Source: an uncultured Acidobacteriota bacterium
GTDB taxonomy: Bacteria > Acidobacteriota > Thermoanaerobaculia > UBA5066 > DATFVB01
NCBI GenBank assembly: GCA_963813155.1
Contig: CAWEYG010000002.1
Location: forward strand, 480,001 to 544,000
Reading direction: 5' to 3'
Length of the DNA: 64,000 nucleotides
The notes beneath the pieces are model-generated. The model had not been told where the DNA came from. It worked only from the letters and a program-made list of their open reading frames with translations, and ran no database searches. Numbering within the stretch: the stretch's first letter is position 1; every line of letters starts with the position of its first letter. The translations under genes were made by a program, and so were the position numbers. Below, one piece after another: positions 61,373-64,000 of the stretch.

Positions 61373-62113
61373 TCACTTCTTCTTTTGAGACTTCGACGCG
61401 TTCCGAACCCGGGCCGAACCCGGCCGGGCTTTCTTTGCGGAAACCTTCCGGGCCGGGGCCTTCCGTGCGCGGGGTTTTGGACGGGCCGACTTCTTTTTCC
61501 GGGAAGGCTTCGGCAAACTCTTCTTCGCTTTCGGGGGGGCTTTCGCAGGGCTCTTCTTCTTGCCTTTCGCGACGATCTTCTCCAGCTTTCGCGGCTCCGA
61601 GCGGGGCGCCTGGGCGGGAGCTTCGGGCGCGGTCGCCGCCTTGAGGGCCATACGCTTCTCGCGGGCCACGCTTCGCGACGCCGCGGCGGCCGCCTTGCGC
61701 TCTTCGGCCCGGTGCTGGCGCTCTTCCCGGGCGGCCTCTTCGGCTGCGGCTCGCTGCGCCTCCCATTTCGGCAGCCGCTCCGCGATGACGGCCGAAAGCT
61801 CGCGCTCGGAGTAGACCTGGATTTTCGGCACCCGCTCTTTCAGCAGATCCTTCCGATCGTCGAACACGTGCATCGCGAACAATTCGAGCTCGCGCGTGTC
61901 CTTCGCCTTGGAGAGGTAGTCCGCCGTCTCGAGAGCGTGGGACGGAGCCTTCGAAAAGTCGATGACGATCGCCGCCGGCTTCTCCCGCCGGGCCACTTCC
62001 GAGAATCGGGGCCAGCGGGGCTCCTCGACGATCAACTGGGCGCCCGACTTGGCGAGCCGCGAGGCCTTCGCGTCGCGAGTCTCGCTCGCGAAATGCAGAA
62101 ACAGCACCTTCAT
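61373..62113 (-). CDS. Hypothetical protein: receiver-like N-terminal domain + Lys/Ala/Pro-rich tail
   Basis: ATG 62113; EKPAAIVIDFSKAPSH; C-terminal KKKSPAKAPPKAKK...KAPARKVSAKKA. Confidence 0.7.
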   Translation of the reverse strand: MKVLFLHFASETRDAKASRLAKSGAQLIVEEPRWPRFSEVARREKPAAIVIDFSKAPSHALETADYLSKAKDTRELELFAMHVFDDRKDLLKERVPKIQVYSERELSAVIAERLPKWEAQRAAAEEAAREERQHRAEERKAAAAASRSVAREKRMALKAATAPEAPAQAPRSEPRKLEKIVAKGKKKSPAKAPPKAKKSLPKPSRKKKSARPKPRARKAPARKVSAKKARPGSARVRNASKSQKKK

Positions 62114-62172
62114 CGCAGACCTCATTTCGGCTGAATTTATTCGCTTTCCGGTGTTTCCGGAAGCCCTTTTTA

Positions 62173-63744
62173 TCACGCCGCGGGAGAAGTCGGCGAATCT
62201 TCGCGGAAATGCGTGCCGCGGGAGACACGGTCGTCCGCCGCGCCGCGCGTGACTTCGAGGGCCGTGCGAACGCCGTTGCGCAGCCCGATCAGGGCGTCGG
62301 ACATCGTTCCCTGGCGGTAGAAATCCTCGATTTCGTCCCTCAGCTCCTGCAGGATGCGGCGAGCGCGGTCGAGGCGGCGGCCCGAGCGCACGAGGCCGAC
62401 ATAGTTCCACATCGTGTGCTTGATCACGAGCCAGTCCTGCGAAACGAGAGCGGCATCGACCGGTTCCGATTCGGGCTGCCAGGCCCAGGCCGAATACGAT
62501 TTCGCGGAAGCGTCCGAGCGGGCTTCCGCCGCCGCGAGCTTGCCCGCCCGCCACCCCCAGAGCAGACCTTCGAGAAGCGAGGTCGACGCGAGCCGGTTGG
62601 CCCCGTGGACTCCCGTGCAGGAGACCTCTCCGGCCGCGTACAGGCCCGAAAGCGTCGTGCGCCCATCCAGGTCGACGGCAACGCCGCCGCAGGAATAATG
62701 CGCGGCCGGAACGATCGGCACCGGCCCCCTCGTCACGTCGTAACCCGCCTCCTGGCAGCGCTGGGCGACCCCGGGAAACCGCTCGCGGATCCATTCCGGA
62801 GGCTTGTGGGAAATGTCGAGAAGAGCGTGCGACTGGTCCTCGTCGAGCATGCGTCGATGGATCGCGCGGGCAACGACGTCGCGCGGCGCCAGCTCCTCGC
62901 GCGCATCGAACTCCTTCAGGAACGGCCGGCCGGCCGCGTCCGTGATCTTCGCGCCCGCGCCGCGCAGCGCCTCCGAGAGGAGCAGCCGCCCCTTCGGATG
63001 GACCAGGGCCGTCGGATGGAACTGCACGAACTGAAGATTGAGCAGGCGGGCGCCCGCGCGCGCCGCCATCGCGATTCCGTCGCCGCGGGACCCGGCCGGA
63101 TTGGTCGTGTGCAGGAAGACCTGCCCGAGGCCGCCGGTGGCGAGGATCGTCGTGTGCGCGTAGACGGGCCGGACGGCTTCGGTCGAGCGGTCGAGCAGGT
63201 ACGCTCCGAAGACGCGCTGCCTCGCGTAGCGATCCAGCGGGTTGGAGGAATCGTGCGCCGGAGTCAGAAAATCCACCGCCGTGTGCGCGGTCTTCCATTC
63301 GACCGTCTTTTCCGACATCACGGCCCCGAGCAGGGCGCGCTCGACCGGAATCCCCGTTTCGTCCTTGACATGGAGGACGCGCGGCAGGGAGTGAGCGCCC
63401 TCCAGGGCCCATTGAAAAGTCCCGTCCTCGCGGTCGAACGGAACGCCGAGCTCTCCGATCAGCAGCTTTTCCACCAGGTCGGGCCCCTCGCGGGAGAGCA
63501 GCTCGACCGCGGAAGGATTGCACAGCCCGCCCCCGGCCTTTTCGATGTCCGCGGCGAGACTGCCGGGCGTGTCGCCGGCCGGACGGCCGACGATGCCTCC
63601 CTGCGCCCAGAAGGTGTTCGACGACTCCACCTGTTCGGATCTCGTGACCACGAGAACTCTCGCGCCCGCGCGCGCCGCCGAGAGCGCAGCGGAACAGCCC
63701 GCGATGCCGGTGCCGATCACGAGGACGTCGTAGATCTCGCTCAT
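62173..63744 (-). CDS. nadB: L-aspartate oxidase
   Basis: WAQGGI, EGAHSLPRVLH, QFHPT, SEALRG, HGANRLASTSLLE. Confidence 0.95.
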   Translation of the reverse strand: MSEIYDVLVIGTGIAGCSAALSAARAGARVLVVTRSEQVESSNTFWAQGGIVGRPAGDTPGSLAADIEKAGGGLCNPSAVELLSREGPDLVEKLLIGELGVPFDREDGTFQWALEGAHSLPRVLHVKDETGIPVERALLGAVMSEKTVEWKTAHTAVDFLTPAHDSSNPLDRYARQRVFGAYLLDRSTEAVRPVYAHTTILATGGLGQVFLHTTNPAGSRGDGIAMAARAGARLLNLQFVQFHPTALVHPKGRLLLSEALRGAGAKITDAAGRPFLKEFDAREELAPRDVVARAIHRRMLDEDQSHALLDISHKPPEWIRERFPGVAQRCQEAGYDVTRGPVPIVPAAHYSCGGVAVDLDGRTTLSGLYAAGEVSCTGVHGANRLASTSLLEGLLWGWRAGKLAAAEARSDASAKSYSAWAWQPESEPVDAALVSQDWLVIKHTMWNYVGLVRSGRRLDRARRILQELRDEIEDFYRQGTMSDALIGLRNGVRTALEVTRGAADDRVSRGTHFREDSPTSPAA

Positions 63745-64000
63745 CCGATCGCGAGCTCCAGAGAAATGTCGCTGGCCCGCACGGAATGCGTCAGAGCGCC
63801 GATCGAAATGAAATCGACGCCCGCGTCGGCGTACGCGCGGACGTTCGCGAGCGAGACGTTCCCCGAAGCTTCGATCCGGACCCCGGGCGCGAGCCCCCGC
63901 GCGAGCGCGACGAGCCGCGACGCCTCGGCCGGCGTCCGGTTGTCCAGAAGCAGTTGATCGGCGCCCGACTCGAGGGCCTCGCGAAGCTGATCCTCGCTCT
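63741..64000 (-). CDS. nadC: Nicotinate-nucleotide pyrophosphorylase (3' part; runs off window end)
   Basis: My translation: GADQLLLDN...IEASGNVSL...GVDFISIGALTHSV..DISLE; TGA overlaps the nadB ATG. Confidence 0.93.
   Translation of the reverse strand, partial: SEDQLREALESGADQLLLDNRTPAEASRLVALARGLAPGVRIEASGNVSLANVRAYADAGVDFISIGALTHSVRASDISLELAIG

Noticed and set aside
1-64000. tRNA, rRNA, IS transposase or prophage genes
   Set aside because: None recognised on either strand by inspection.

Overview
A very GC-rich bacterial chromosomal window, most consistent with an Acidobacteriota genome (inferred from gene content only). It is mostly housekeeping. The blocks are: modA/modE next to a sulfate-type ABC transporter plus sulfite oxidase and cytochrome c operon; a TIGR03960/TIGR03936-type radical SAM gene followed by queD; thiO; a cyclophilin, kinase and tatA run; bamD-rpe-PASTA; about 10 kb of GT-C/YfhO-like membrane glycosyltransferases; rseP-dxr-cdsA-uppS-truA; pit; queE-queC-clpB-degP; gltX; a SUI1/YciH gene; and nadB-nadC. 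Many genes, including normally important ones (dxr, rseP), are split by single-base frameshifts, most likely long-read assembly indels. Most notable non-routine signals: (1) a dispersed hairpin repeat with an identical 38-nt core in three copies, one of which sits in frame inside a radical SAM gene; (2) an integron-like attI/attC cassette array at 17.3-18.7 kb with no integrase; (3) a tetraether-synthase (Tes/GDGT-MAS)-like radical SAM gene; (4) a SUI1/YciH gene whose only plausible start codon is ATA; (5) a CysA-type ATPase fused to tandem USP-like domains. All family assignments come from motif recognition, not database searches.
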